DNA of 64,000 nucleotides from an uncultured Pseudomonadales bacterium (GTDB taxonomy: Bacteria; Patescibacteriota; Microgenomatia; UBA1400; Chazhemtobacteraceae). The DNA lies in NCBI GenBank assembly GCA_964618725.1, contig CAZUBK010000004.1, positions 15,485-79,484 on the forward strand, read 5' to 3'. The notes under the pieces are model-generated. The model was given only the letters and a program-made list of their open reading frames with translations, ran no database searches and was not told the DNA's origin. This document shows positions 1 through 8,859 of the stretch, in pieces (position 1 is the stretch's first letter; every line of letters starts with the position of its first letter). The position numbers and the translations under genes were made by a program.

Positions 1-78
1 AAACCTCCTCTTGAAAAAACACTCCACTAACCGTTAGGATCTTCCAAGCACTCTGAACATTTTATTTAGGAGATTCAC

Positions 79-948
79 ATGTCTGACTTTCCCGCCATTC
101 ACGCCGACGTTTTTCACACCGCCAAGGGCACCCCTTACCTCAAGACGCCCGGGGTCATTACCCTGGCCAAACCTAGCGTCAATATTTCTGGAATGTACAA
201 CTTCCTCAAAGGCTTCGATCCAGCTCTCAATTTTATTAATTACCTCGACGACAAAGACCCGCTTCCCGACGGAGAACAGCTTATTAAAGTCGCTGGCCAG
301 CTTTGCTATATGAGCTTTGGTGATCTTCGAAGCAAAAACAAAGATACCAGTAAGTATCTTGGCAATATGAAGTCTTCTGGACACGGCTCCGTCTTCGAAC
401 ATGCCGTCTTTGTTTTTCTCTTCTATGGTATCTCTCGAAGCGTCACTCACGAACTCGTCCGTCATCGCGCCGGTTTTGGCTTCTCTCAAGTCTCCCAGCG
501 CTATGTCTCCGGAAAAGTTCTTCGGTTTGTAGAGCGTCCCGAATATCAGCTCTACCCCCACCTCGATCAAGAATTTCAAGCTGATATCGATTACGCTGCC
601 TACAAATACGAAAAAAGGGCCAATGACCTCCTCGCTCTTCAACAAGATGGCTCCGAGATCCTGTCCGCCGAAGCCAAGACCGATTTGAGAAAAAAGGTCC
701 AACAAGCCGCTCGTTCCGTCCTTCCCAACGAAACCGAAGCCCCAATTATTGTCAGCGGCAACGGTCGCAGTTGGCGCCACTTCATCGAAATGCGTGCCAA
801 CGAACACGCCGAAATAGAGATCCGTCGTCTCGCCTTCAATACTTTCATCTGTCTTCGCCAAATCGCCCCCATCATCTTCGATGATTACCAAGAAATTAAC
901 CTTCCCGACGGCACCAAGGCCATTAATACTCTCTATCGTAAAGTCTAA
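79..948 (+). CDS. thyX: FAD-dependent thymidylate synthase
   Basis: ThyX motif RHR-x7-S-x-R (HELVRHRAGFGFSQVSQRY), GHGSVFEH, ARSVLPN; SD TAGGAG at 67-72. Confidence 0.95.
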   Translation: MSDFPAIHADVFHTAKGTPYLKTPGVITLAKPSVNISGMYNFLKGFDPALNFINYLDDKDPLPDGEQLIKVAGQLCYMSFGDLRSKNKDTSKYLGNMKSSGHGSVFEHAVFVFLFYGISRSVTHELVRHRAGFGFSQVSQRYVSGKVLRFVERPEYQLYPHLDQEFQADIDYAAYKYEKRANDLLALQQDGSEILSAEAKTDLRKKVQQAARSVLPNETEAPIIVSGNGRSWRHFIEMRANEHAEIEIRRLAFNTFICLRQIAPIIFDDYQEINLPDGTKAINTLYRKV

Positions 949-1038
949 GATTCCTCTAACCCTCCAATCTTTGGGAGTTTACTTTTAGCCTCAAAATGGC
1001 TAAAATGCAAGGACTATCCTATCTAAATGAGGTGGTAT

Positions 1039-1425
1039 ATGAACTTTGACACCTTCGTTAATCGACTCATGATCAATCTTGGCGCCACTCGAGTCGAGGA
1101 CCCCAGTACCCCCTTCTTCATCCTCAAGGTCCACGGCCTCAATATTAGACTTCAATTCACCCATTCCGAACCACGCAAGATTTTGGTTTTCATACCTCTC
1201 GTCTCTCAAGACAAGAACGTCCCACCAAACCCAAATCTCATACCGCTCAAGATCGCCAAACCATTTGAATCATATCTGGTACGGTTTAAGGATCCCCAAG
1301 ATCCAAACAAATTTCAACTGACTCTAGTGGCATTTATAGCTTTTGAAGAACAAACTGCTTCCAACAACCTCAAGCTTCTTGCAAACGAAGCCCAGGATAT
1401 TCTCAATGCCATCAAGCATGCTTAA
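1039..1425 (+). CDS. hypothetical protein
   Basis: ORF with -10 TAAAAT at 1001, SD GAGGTG before ATG 1039, terminator downstream. Confidence 0.7.
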   Translation: MNFDTFVNRLMINLGATRVEDPSTPFFILKVHGLNIRLQFTHSEPRKILVFIPLVSQDKNVPPNPNLIPLKIAKPFESYLVRFKDPQDPNKFQLTLVAFIAFEEQTASNNLKLLANEAQDILNAIKHA

Positions 1426-1435
1426 ATTTCTCTAC

Positions 1436-1463
1436 ACGGACTCACCCAAGAGTCCGTTTTTTT
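1436..1463 (+). terminator. intrinsic terminator
   Basis: ACGGACTC-N6-GAGTCCGT followed by T run. Confidence 0.8.
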
Positions 1464-2019
1464 ATTTCTGAAAATCTTTCCACGCCTGACTCTCCGTCGG
1501 CCCCATCTGTCCCTGGTACTTGTTTCCTGCCGTCCCATACGGCCTCTCGACAACCCCACTCATCATAAAAAAGCATATCTGTGCCACCTTCATAGAAGGA
1601 TATAATACTATCGGCACCATATTCATATTACTCATCTCAAACGTGATCTGCCCCCTAAACCCTGGATCTATATATCCCGCCGTTGCGTGCACCACCAACC
1701 CCATTCTCCCGAGACTACTCTTGCCTTCCAACTTTGCCGCTAGGTCATTGGGAATCTCAAAGTATTCCTTCGTTACCGCCAAGGCAAACTCACCAGGATG
1801 AAGGACAAACCCGTTTTTCCGGTCTACCTTCACCAAATCCGTCAAGCTCACTCTTTCGCGCAGGTCAATAAACCTCAATTTGTGATTGCGAAATACCCTA
1901 AATTCATCCCCCAAATGCAAATCATACGTCGACGGCTGAACACACCCCCGCTCAAACGGACGTATCACCAAACTCTTCTTTCTAATCCTAGTTTTCAGAT
2001 CTTTATCTGACAGAATCAT
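1462..2019 (-). CDS. dcd: dCTP deaminase
   Basis: MILSD start, QPSTYDL, EGKSSLGR, AGYIDPGFRG, YQGQ; ATGA overlap with upstream gene. Confidence 0.95.
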   Translation of the reverse strand: MILSDKDLKTRIRKKSLVIRPFERGCVQPSTYDLHLGDEFRVFRNHKLRFIDLRERVSLTDLVKVDRKNGFVLHPGEFALAVTKEYFEIPNDLAAKLEGKSSLGRMGLVVHATAGYIDPGFRGQITFEMSNMNMVPIVLYPSMKVAQICFFMMSGVVERPYGTAGNKYQGQMGPTESQAWKDFQK

Positions 2020-2390
2020 TCCTTTCCAATAATCTTCATTAAAGGGCCTTCCACCCATTTGTCCCAAAAAACAGGGTCACTGGCTCTTTCTTTTAGTTCA
2101 GTGATAACTACATCTCTTCCCTTGTCTCCTTCATACGCAGGCTCACCTTTATATCGCAATACGACTCCTTTCTTTTCCACCCCAAGTGTTACACCAGAAG
2201 TATTTTGCTCGATCCTATCCATAGCCTTTTGTATCATCAAAAGCCTATCTTCCTTGCTTGTAATTTCCGCTCTATTTAGTTCGTCCCGCGATCCAACTAC
2301 AAACTTCCTATTAGCCATCCTCTCGTTTGTAGCTAATGAGCTTTCGTCTATCATGCCACCTACTCTACTCACCTCCAATTCTAATTTCAA
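2016..2390 (-). CDS. hypothetical protein
   Basis: ORF coupled to dcd, composition typical of - strand genes; start uncertain. Confidence 0.6.
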   Translation of the reverse strand: MKLELEVSRVGGMIDESSLATNERMANRKFVVGSRDELNRAEITSKEDRLLMIQKAMDRIEQNTSGVTLGVEKKGVVLRYKGEPAYEGDKGRDVVITELKERASDPVFWDKWVEGPLMKIIGKE

Positions 2391-2503
2391 GCCCTTGAAA
2401 TTTTACCAACCAGTGTTCTCGCACTCTATGGGTTGCAAGCCAACTGCACTTAAGGTAAAATTACCCTCAACGCCCCTTTATAGCTTTATAGGAGAATTTC
2501 ACC

Positions 2504-2665
2504 ATGAAACGCCTTGTTGGTTTTCTCATCGGTTTCTCTATCACCAGCATCTCGCTCGTACTCTCTCTCATGCAAACATCAGTGTCAGATCCCCAGCTTA
2601 TCGCATTTGCCTTTGTTACCCTCTTCGGCAGTCTCTGTGGCGCATACATTGCCGATGGCCTCTAG
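2504..2665 (+). CDS. small two-TM membrane protein (53 aa, MKRLVGFLIGF...), not in ORF track
   Basis: TTGCAA-17-TAAAAT promoter, SD GGAG, hairpin 2696-2713 downstream. Confidence 0.65.
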   Translation: MKRLVGFLIGFSITSISLVLSLMQTSVSDPQLIAFAFVTLFGSLCGAYIADGL

Positions 2666-2801
2666 CTCTTCTCATCTCCTTTTAGCTTCCATAATGCCCC
2701 GCTTCCGCGGGGCTTAAACTGTTACTTCTCCATTCTATAGGTTGCAAGTCAACTGTTGTTGAAGTAAAATTAACGTATTCTGCACATTAAAAGGAGTCCA
2801 A

Positions 2802-3269
2802 ATGCACGAGATCTTGCTGACATCGCCTGAAAATCTCATTCTCATTGGCGAGGCCCTTCGCGTTGCCCGATTCACCCTACATACACCTCGAACCGTCACT
2901 TTTACCCAAGATGGATCTCAACATTCCGCTCTAAAATTCTCCATCGCCGAAAGTAAATCACCCAACAACAAGCTTGCCGATATCATTGTCCGCATACGAA
3001 CCTCTGGTATGACCAACACAGGTCTTACTGTTATTTTAGTCCCCGATCTCAATGCAATTCCTGAAATGAATTTGGCCTTATTCAAGACCATACTGATCAA
3101 ACGGCGTGGTTGGCTTGAAATGGACGGACAACTCCAACTTGTTACTTATGGCGGGATCGAAAGTGATCTCTTTTTTGCTCTCTTCAACGCTTTAGACGAG
3201 TTTCTCATCATCAAGAGAAACCTTACTACTGGTCTCACCAGATTAGCACAAAATCTCTTACCAGAATAA
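2802..3269 (+). CDS. hypothetical protein (possibly YbjN/CesT-like fold)
   Basis: Promoter TTGCAA-17-TAAAAT, AAGGAG SD, terminator; fold guess is weak. Confidence 0.7.
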   Translation: MHEILLTSPENLILIGEALRVARFTLHTPRTVTFTQDGSQHSALKFSIAESKSPNNKLADIIVRIRTSGMTNTGLTVILVPDLNAIPEMNLALFKTILIKRRGWLEMDGQLQLVTYGGIESDLFFALFNALDEFLIIKRNLTTGLTRLAQNLLPE

Positions 3270-3283
3270 TCCCAATTCCACCT

Positions 3284-3309
3284 ACGGACTCGCACGAGTC
3301 CGTTTTTTT
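3284..3309 (+). terminator. intrinsic terminator
   Basis: ACGGACTC-GCAC-GAGTCCGT plus T run. Confidence 0.8.
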
Positions 3310-3318
3310 AAATCAATC

Positions 3319-3347
3319 TTGACAACTCGTACGACTACATGTACGAT
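3319..3347 (+). promoter_or_regulatory. sigma70 promoter of TA operon with GTAC operator palindromes
   Basis: TTGACA-17-TACGAT; TCGTACGA and TGTACGA within the promoter. Confidence 0.75.
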
Positions 3348-3353
3348 AATTCC

Positions 3354-3629
3354 ATGATACAAACAACAACTCTAACTGCCAGTGAAGCTAGAGACGACCT
3401 CTATAGCATCATTAAATTGGCCTCAAAGGGAATAGAATCTTACCAAATCAATCTCCGAGGTGCCGACCCAGTGGTTCTGATGAACAAAGAAGAACTCGAT
3501 TCTTGGCTCGAAACCGCTGATATCATGAATAATCCCAAAGAACTGAAAGCCATTAGAGCAAGTAGAGAGGAGAAAGGCGGGATTTCCCACCAAGAGCTAA
3601 TTAATAGTTTAGGCCTCAATGAAAATTGA
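3354..3629 (+). CDS. Phd/YefM family antitoxin
   Basis: TASEARDDL...VVLMNKEELDSWLET pattern; overlaps toxin. Confidence 0.88.
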   Translation: MIQTTTLTASEARDDLYSIIKLASKGIESYQINLRGADPVVLMNKEELDSWLETADIMNNPKELKAIRASREEKGGISHQELINSLGLNEN

Positions 3630-3861
3630 GTACAGTAAGGGCGCGGAAAAACAAGTCAGAAAACTGCCTAGCACTGAACAGAAAAAAGTCCTAAGAAAAA
3701 TAACCCATCTCTGCGCATACCCAACATTAGGCAAACTTTTAAAAGGTGAACTTGCCGATCTAAGATCATTAAGAGCCTGGCCCTATCGTATTATTTACCG
3801 AATCAATAAAACCAAAATCTTTATAATCAACATCGCTCACCGTCAGGGAGTGTACAAGTAA
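3619..3861 (+). CDS. RelE/ParE family toxin
   Basis: GKLLKGELADLRSLRAWPYRIIY...IAHRQGVYK. Confidence 0.9.
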   Translation: MKIEYSKGAEKQVRKLPSTEQKKVLRKITHLCAYPTLGKLLKGELADLRSLRAWPYRIIYRINKTKIFIINIAHRQGVYK

Positions 3862-3863
3862 CT

Positions 3864-5909
3864 CTATTCATCCAACTCCTTCTCACTTTCAACATTTTCT
3901 TTCTCCATTTCTTGTCCCTCCACCACCGGCTTCTTCCAAGTCGCCCAGTCACATTTGGGATATGTCTCACATCCATAGAACTCTCTCCCAAATCGCGTCT
4001 TCTTGATTACCACTCGACTACCACACTTCTCACACGTGGCTCCCTCCACATACTCAATATACTTGTCCTTGTACTTACAATCAGGAAACCGATCACAGGA
4101 AATAAACTTGCCATACCGCCCTTCCTTGATCACCAACTCCCCCGTCTTACACTCCGGACACTTCACTCCCAACTTCTCTACCGGAATCTCCACTCTCTCG
4201 CCATTTTTACTCACCTCCTCTATCCCTTTCTGAAACGGACCATAGAAGGCACTCAACATCTCGTTCCACTCTACCTTGCCTCTGGCAATATCATCCAGCT
4301 CATCCTCCATCTTCGCCGTGAAGTCATAGTCCATCTCCTTCATAAAATATCGGGTCAAGAAATCCACCACTGCCATCCCTACCTTAGTAGCAAAAAATCT
4401 TCTCTGTTGCCTCTCCACATACCCCCGATCCATGATTGTACTGATAATCGAGGCATAAGTACTCGGCCGCCCGATCCCCCGCTTCTCCAGCTCCTTCACT
4501 AACGAGGCGTCGTTAAATCTCGCCGGTGGCTCGGTGAATTTCTGCTCCTTCTTTACCTGGCTCAAATCCACCACCTCTCCCTCCGCTACTTCAGGTAAAA
4601 ACGTTTCCGCATCCTTCTTGTATAGCTTTCTCCACCCATCAAATTTCATTACCTCGCCATTAGCTTGCAAATCATACTTTTTATTATCTGTTCTCACCAC
4701 CACCCTCGTTGCATCAAAAACCGCCGGTACCATCTGACAGGCAATAGTGCGGCGCCAAATCAATCCATAAAGCTTGATCTGGTCCGCCGCTTCTTTCCCC
4801 TGCCCTTTGTATGTATGTGTCCCCATACTCATGTCTGCTGGCCTAATTGCCTCATGGGCCTCTTGTGCCACTACTTTACCCGAGGTCTTGTAGAAAACCG
4901 GCTCCTTTGGCAAGTACTCACTCCCAAACTCACTCTTCACAAATGTTCTCACTGCCTCGACTGCCGTTGGCGCCAAGTTAAGCGAGTCCGTTCGGTGATA
5001 GGTAATATCTCCCTGTTCGTAAAGCTTCTGTGCCACCCCCATCGTCTTCTTCGAACTCCAACCCAAGACATTAGCTGCTGCTTGTTGGAGGGTACTCGTC
5101 TTGAACGGCGGATGTGGCCAAGCCCGTCTTTCCTTCTTCTCTACCTCAACTATCTTCAACTTGGCACTCTTTAACTCCTTCTCAATTTTGTCTGCCGTCT
5201 CCCCCGTACCCACCACGGCCTTCTTTCCCGATATTCTAGTCAACTCAACCCAAAACTTTTCTTTCTTCCCCCCTATTACCTCGACACTAATCATCCAGTA
5301 CTCCACCGGTCTGAATGCCTCTATTTCTCTCTCTCGTTCCACTATCATCCGCAGTGCCACGCTCTGCACCCGTCCCGCTGACAAGCCGTACCGTACCTTC
5401 TTCCAAAGTAGAGGCGACAACTCATATCCCACCACTCGATCCAAGACTCTTCTTGCTTGTTGCGAGTTGACCATATCCATATCGATCTTTCGTGGATGTC
5501 CCATCGCCTCAAGGATCGCGTCTTTGGTAATCGAATGAAATACAATCCGGTCAAACCCTTTACCGTCTTTCTCCAGGATCTTGGCCACATGGAAGGCAAT
5601 CGCCTCTCCTTCTCGGTCCGGGTCGGTCGCCAGTATCACCTCCTCCGCCTTTTTTGCCGCTGCTTTAAGTTTTTTAACCGTATCTCCCTTGCCCCGCGTC
5701 TCGATGTATTCCGGAACAAACTCATATCCTACTTCTCCACTTTGCTTCTTTCCTTTGCCCTTTTTCTTTACCTCTTTAATCTCCACTCCAAACTTACTCT
5801 TCGGCAAATCCCGAATATGCCCCATACTAGCCAGTACTTGGTAATCCTTACCTAGATACTTTTCTAACGACTTTGTTTTGGTTGGACTCTCTACTATTAC
5901 TAACTTCAC
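3864..5909 (-). CDS. topA: DNA topoisomerase I
   Basis: Toprim IVESPTK, ATDPDREGE, SAGRVQS, ITYHRTDS, C-terminal Zn ribbons. Confidence 0.97.
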   Translation of the reverse strand: MKLVIVESPTKTKSLEKYLGKDYQVLASMGHIRDLPKSKFGVEIKEVKKKGKGKKQSGEVGYEFVPEYIETRGKGDTVKKLKAAAKKAEEVILATDPDREGEAIAFHVAKILEKDGKGFDRIVFHSITKDAILEAMGHPRKIDMDMVNSQQARRVLDRVVGYELSPLLWKKVRYGLSAGRVQSVALRMIVEREREIEAFRPVEYWMISVEVIGGKKEKFWVELTRISGKKAVVGTGETADKIEKELKSAKLKIVEVEKKERRAWPHPPFKTSTLQQAAANVLGWSSKKTMGVAQKLYEQGDITYHRTDSLNLAPTAVEAVRTFVKSEFGSEYLPKEPVFYKTSGKVVAQEAHEAIRPADMSMGTHTYKGQGKEAADQIKLYGLIWRRTIACQMVPAVFDATRVVVRTDNKKYDLQANGEVMKFDGWRKLYKKDAETFLPEVAEGEVVDLSQVKKEQKFTEPPARFNDASLVKELEKRGIGRPSTYASIISTIMDRGYVERQQRRFFATKVGMAVVDFLTRYFMKEMDYDFTAKMEDELDDIARGKVEWNEMLSAFYGPFQKGIEEVSKNGERVEIPVEKLGVKCPECKTGELVIKEGRYGKFISCDRFPDCKYKDKYIEYVEGATCEKCGSRVVIKKTRFGREFYGCETYPKCDWATWKKPVVEGQEMEKENVESEKELDE

Positions 5910-6009
5910 CTTTTCAAACTAACACATACTTACTAATAATTACTACTAGTCAAATCCTCAACCCGTAGAAAAAAGTATTGTACTCCATGAGTCAAGACCG
6001 CCCCTTTTC

Positions 6010-7869
6010 TTATGCCACTAACACGCTTCTTTTCCTCTTCTCTACCCATTCCCACATCAAAAGTCCCCCCATTCCCACCACCGACGCTGCCATCACTCCT
6101 CCCGACATCGTCATCAGAACTTGTCGTTGCGATCTAGTAAACATAGGTGTCTTGTCTTCCGTCGTTGCTCGCTTCGCCCGTGCCCGCTTAAGATACAGAT
6201 CTACCGTTGGATGAAGCGAATACAAGTTCTTTACTTCACCAAAGTCTTCTGCCGCAAAACCAAAATAATTTAGCCAAAAGCTCTCTAATCCCAATCTCCA
6301 TTTCTCATATACCAGATTATCTCCTCGTTGTACTCCCGCCTTCTCCATTAAGACTCTCAAATCCTCCACATCCCGCAAAAAGCCATAATTGCCCCCTAAC
6401 TCCTCGTCCACTAATCCGTAAGTCGCAATCCCCACCACCTTTCCTGATCCATTCACCGCCGGTCCACCACTATTCCCGCGCGTTATCACCGCATCTGTCT
6501 GAATCAGTTTCTTTCTGTCTCCCCTTGCCTCTTTGATCGCGCTCACGATCCCGCTCGTCAGCGTCGGCACCGTCGCTGATGAGACATCTAACAACTCACT
6601 CCCTTTCCCGCTCACTATCCCTGGATACCCCATCACCTGGATCTGACTCCCCATTCCCGCCTCCGCCTCGCTCAATTCTAATGCCGGATATATCCCTTCT
6701 CTTGATATCTTTAAGATTGCTAAATCCGATGACCTAAATCCCAGATCATCCATCTCCTCATAATCAGCTGCCACCAAAGTCGCTGGGACAATATCTTCCC
6801 CCAAGTTCACTTGCCATTCGCTATCTATAACCACCGGTGTCTTACCAAGCTGCACATAAAAGCCGTATTTTCCTTCCCTCAACTGTAACTTACCTTCATC
6901 ATACATATTCCCCACTAAAAAAGCCAAACGTAACACCGTATCTGGTTGCGCATACAGCTCGTCAAGCCTTGAGACCATTTCCGGACCAGCTAGTATACCT
7001 TCAATCTCTCCAATCACCCTCCCAGCCAGTGATCGAAGCGTTCCATTCCTCACCCCCGACATCAAGGCACTCTTAGGTAAAAACTTCACTACGTGACCAT
7101 TGGTGGCGATATGTCCTTGATCGCTGATGAAAAATCCCGTCCCACTCCCTCCAACACAAAAGGGGAACTTCTGCCCCTCCTCTGCTGGTATCAGCGTTAC
7201 TTCATTACACAAAGTCGTTGTCAACATCACCACTGATGGCCTAACCAATGCCGCCACGGCCTCCCCTGCTGCGTCGTCATTGACTCCTCTGATTGTCGTC
7301 TCCACCAAACTAATTTTTTCTAATATCTCCTCTATCTCTGGCTGCTTGTCCAATGAAGGTAATATCACTATCAGGCCTACCTTGTCCTCACCAAAGAGTG
7401 TGACTTCCCATACTTGAACAATTACTTTCCTCTGCAAAAACTCAAATTCCCACGACTCCCCCTCCGCCTTTCCGGTAGTACTCGTCATTCGACCAATAAA
7501 CCGTCCTATTTTGTAGTTCAGACCCAATTCTTTCTCAAGTCTCTTTCTATCTCTCACGATTCCGCTCTTCACCGCCTTTAGCGTTGCCAAGTCTCCCTCA
7601 TTTACTAAGCTTGCCCCCTCGACTATCCATTTGTCCGCCCGATATCTCACCAGTACGTTCTTTTCTCCCCCCAGTAGTCCCTCTACCACCAGATCCTTAT
7701 ATCCCAACACGGCTTCTATCTCTCCCAAGGCCTCTACCCGCCCGCCGACTACCGTCAACGACGCTCGAGACGACAAGTCCTGACTCTCATCAACCAACAA
7801 AAAACCCAGGGTTACACCGGATAACAAAAAAAGCAAGCTAAACAATCCAATCAAGTATCTCCTCCACAT
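6010..7869 (-). CDS. membrane-anchored trypsin-like (S1C) serine protease
   Basis: TNGHVV, SDLA, GNSGGP catalytic motifs; N- and C-terminal TM segments. Confidence 0.88.
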   Translation of the reverse strand: MWRRYLIGLFSLLFLLSGVTLGFLLVDESQDLSSRASLTVVGGRVEALGEIEAVLGYKDLVVEGLLGGEKNVLVRYRADKWIVEGASLVNEGDLATLKAVKSGIVRDRKRLEKELGLNYKIGRFIGRMTSTTGKAEGESWEFEFLQRKVIVQVWEVTLFGEDKVGLIVILPSLDKQPEIEEILEKISLVETTIRGVNDDAAGEAVAALVRPSVVMLTTTLCNEVTLIPAEEGQKFPFCVGGSGTGFFISDQGHIATNGHVVKFLPKSALMSGVRNGTLRSLAGRVIGEIEGILAGPEMVSRLDELYAQPDTVLRLAFLVGNMYDEGKLQLREGKYGFYVQLGKTPVVIDSEWQVNLGEDIVPATLVAADYEEMDDLGFRSSDLAILKISREGIYPALELSEAEAGMGSQIQVMGYPGIVSGKGSELLDVSSATVPTLTSGIVSAIKEARGDRKKLIQTDAVITRGNSGGPAVNGSGKVVGIATYGLVDEELGGNYGFLRDVEDLRVLMEKAGVQRGDNLVYEKWRLGLESFWLNYFGFAAEDFGEVKNLYSLHPTVDLYLKRARAKRATTEDKTPMFTRSQRQVLMTMSGGVMAASVVGMGGLLMWEWVEKRKRSVLVA

Positions 7870-7876
7870 AACTCAA

Positions 7877-8482
7877 CTATACCAACTTAATCGCCCCCTC
7901 TGAAATCAATAGATCCGTCCCCGGCGTCCCTGGTATCGCCAGCACATCCCGCCCCATATCTGCCGCATAATTGGCCGAGGCCATACTTCCCGATCTTACT
8001 TCTGCCTCTATCACCACCAATGCCTCACTCATCCCCACCATTATTCTATTTCTCTCCAAAAAAAATCGCCGCTGCGGTCTTACTCCCATCGGAAACTCGC
8101 TCACCAATGCTCCACCTCGCGCGACTATTTTCTCCGCTAATTTCTCATGTTCCGCTGGATATACCATATCTAAACCGTGCGCTAATACAGCAATCGTTTT
8201 TCCCCCATATTCTAGTGCCGCTTCATGTGCCATCTTATCTATCCCCCTCGCCAACCCAGAAACAATAATCTTCTTCATCCCTACCAACTCCTTCACTACT
8301 TCTTTCACTTTCGTGAGTGCTAACTGACTCATCTTCCGACTCCCAATTACCGCCACCATTGATTGCTGCAAAACGTCCGTTTTCCCCAATACATACAAAC
8401 ACTTAGGGCAACCCTTCACCGGTCTTAGCAACCTCGGATATTCCAAGTCGCCTGGATGAATCTTCATCACCTCGCTCATCAA
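7877..8482 (-). CDS. dprA: DNA-processing protein DprA (short form)
   Basis: VIGSR, VSGLARGID, SEFP, FLERNRI, EAEVRSGS. Confidence 0.93.
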   Translation of the reverse strand: MMSEVMKIHPGDLEYPRLLRPVKGCPKCLYVLGKTDVLQQSMVAVIGSRKMSQLALTKVKEVVKELVGMKKIIVSGLARGIDKMAHEAALEYGGKTIAVLAHGLDMVYPAEHEKLAEKIVARGGALVSEFPMGVRPQRRFFLERNRIMVGMSEALVVIEAEVRSGSMASANYAADMGRDVLAIPGTPGTDLLISEGAIKLV

Positions 8483-8492
8483 CCCACTCTAA

Positions 8493-8523
8493 CAAAAAAA
8501 GAAACCCCCTTGAGAGAGGGGGT
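8493..8523 (-). terminator. intrinsic terminator
   Basis: ACCCCCT-CTCTCA-AGGGGGT then T-rich tail on - strand. Confidence 0.85.
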
Positions 8524-8826
8524 AATAAAGTAAAGGCTCGCGATGAGCGTGCGAACCGGATGAAAACCGGCTTGCTGCCAGGCGTATTGGAGTAGGGGCT
8601 TCTTCGAAGCGCCATCTCGCAATATGGCTGGTCTTGCCGCCTACACTGGCGAAAGGTGTACCGTCGAAGCAACGCACCATCAAAGGCGCGTGCGGCCGAA
8701 ACTTTTCCGACCTCTCGACGGCTGAAGCAAGTGGCAGAAGTGGGGCGGCAATAAATAGTTGCCCCGTTGCCACATTTGGCCCCCCAAGGGGGCAGTTTTA
8801 GAGAAAATCTTAACTTTTCAAGATAC
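8493..8826 (-). ncRNA. candidate structured non-coding RNA (~330 nt), family unknown
   Basis: Own promoter, dense GC-rich stems with G-U pairs on - strand, terminal intrinsic terminator. Confidence 0.6.
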
Positions 8827-8830
8827 CAGT

Positions 8831-8859
8831 AATTTAACATATAAGATGCTCCCTGTCAA
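8831..8859 (-). promoter_or_regulatory. sigma70 promoter
   Basis: TTGACA-17-TAAATT; -35 overlaps PBP2 stop codon. Confidence 0.75.

Noticed and set aside
34-891. Long antisense ORFs (e.g. 34-891, 2059-2685, 57660-58202)
   Set aside because: Shadows of well-supported genes on the opposite strand, favoured by the strong compositional skew
8489-8773. 94-aa and 145-aa ORFs over the structured region
   Set aside because: They run through an intrinsic terminator, lack start signals and do not show - strand codon bias
8493-8826. RNase P RNA, tmRNA or SRP RNA identity
   Set aside because: Universal motifs (GAGGAAAGUCC, tRNA-like ends, SRP domain IV) were not found by eye
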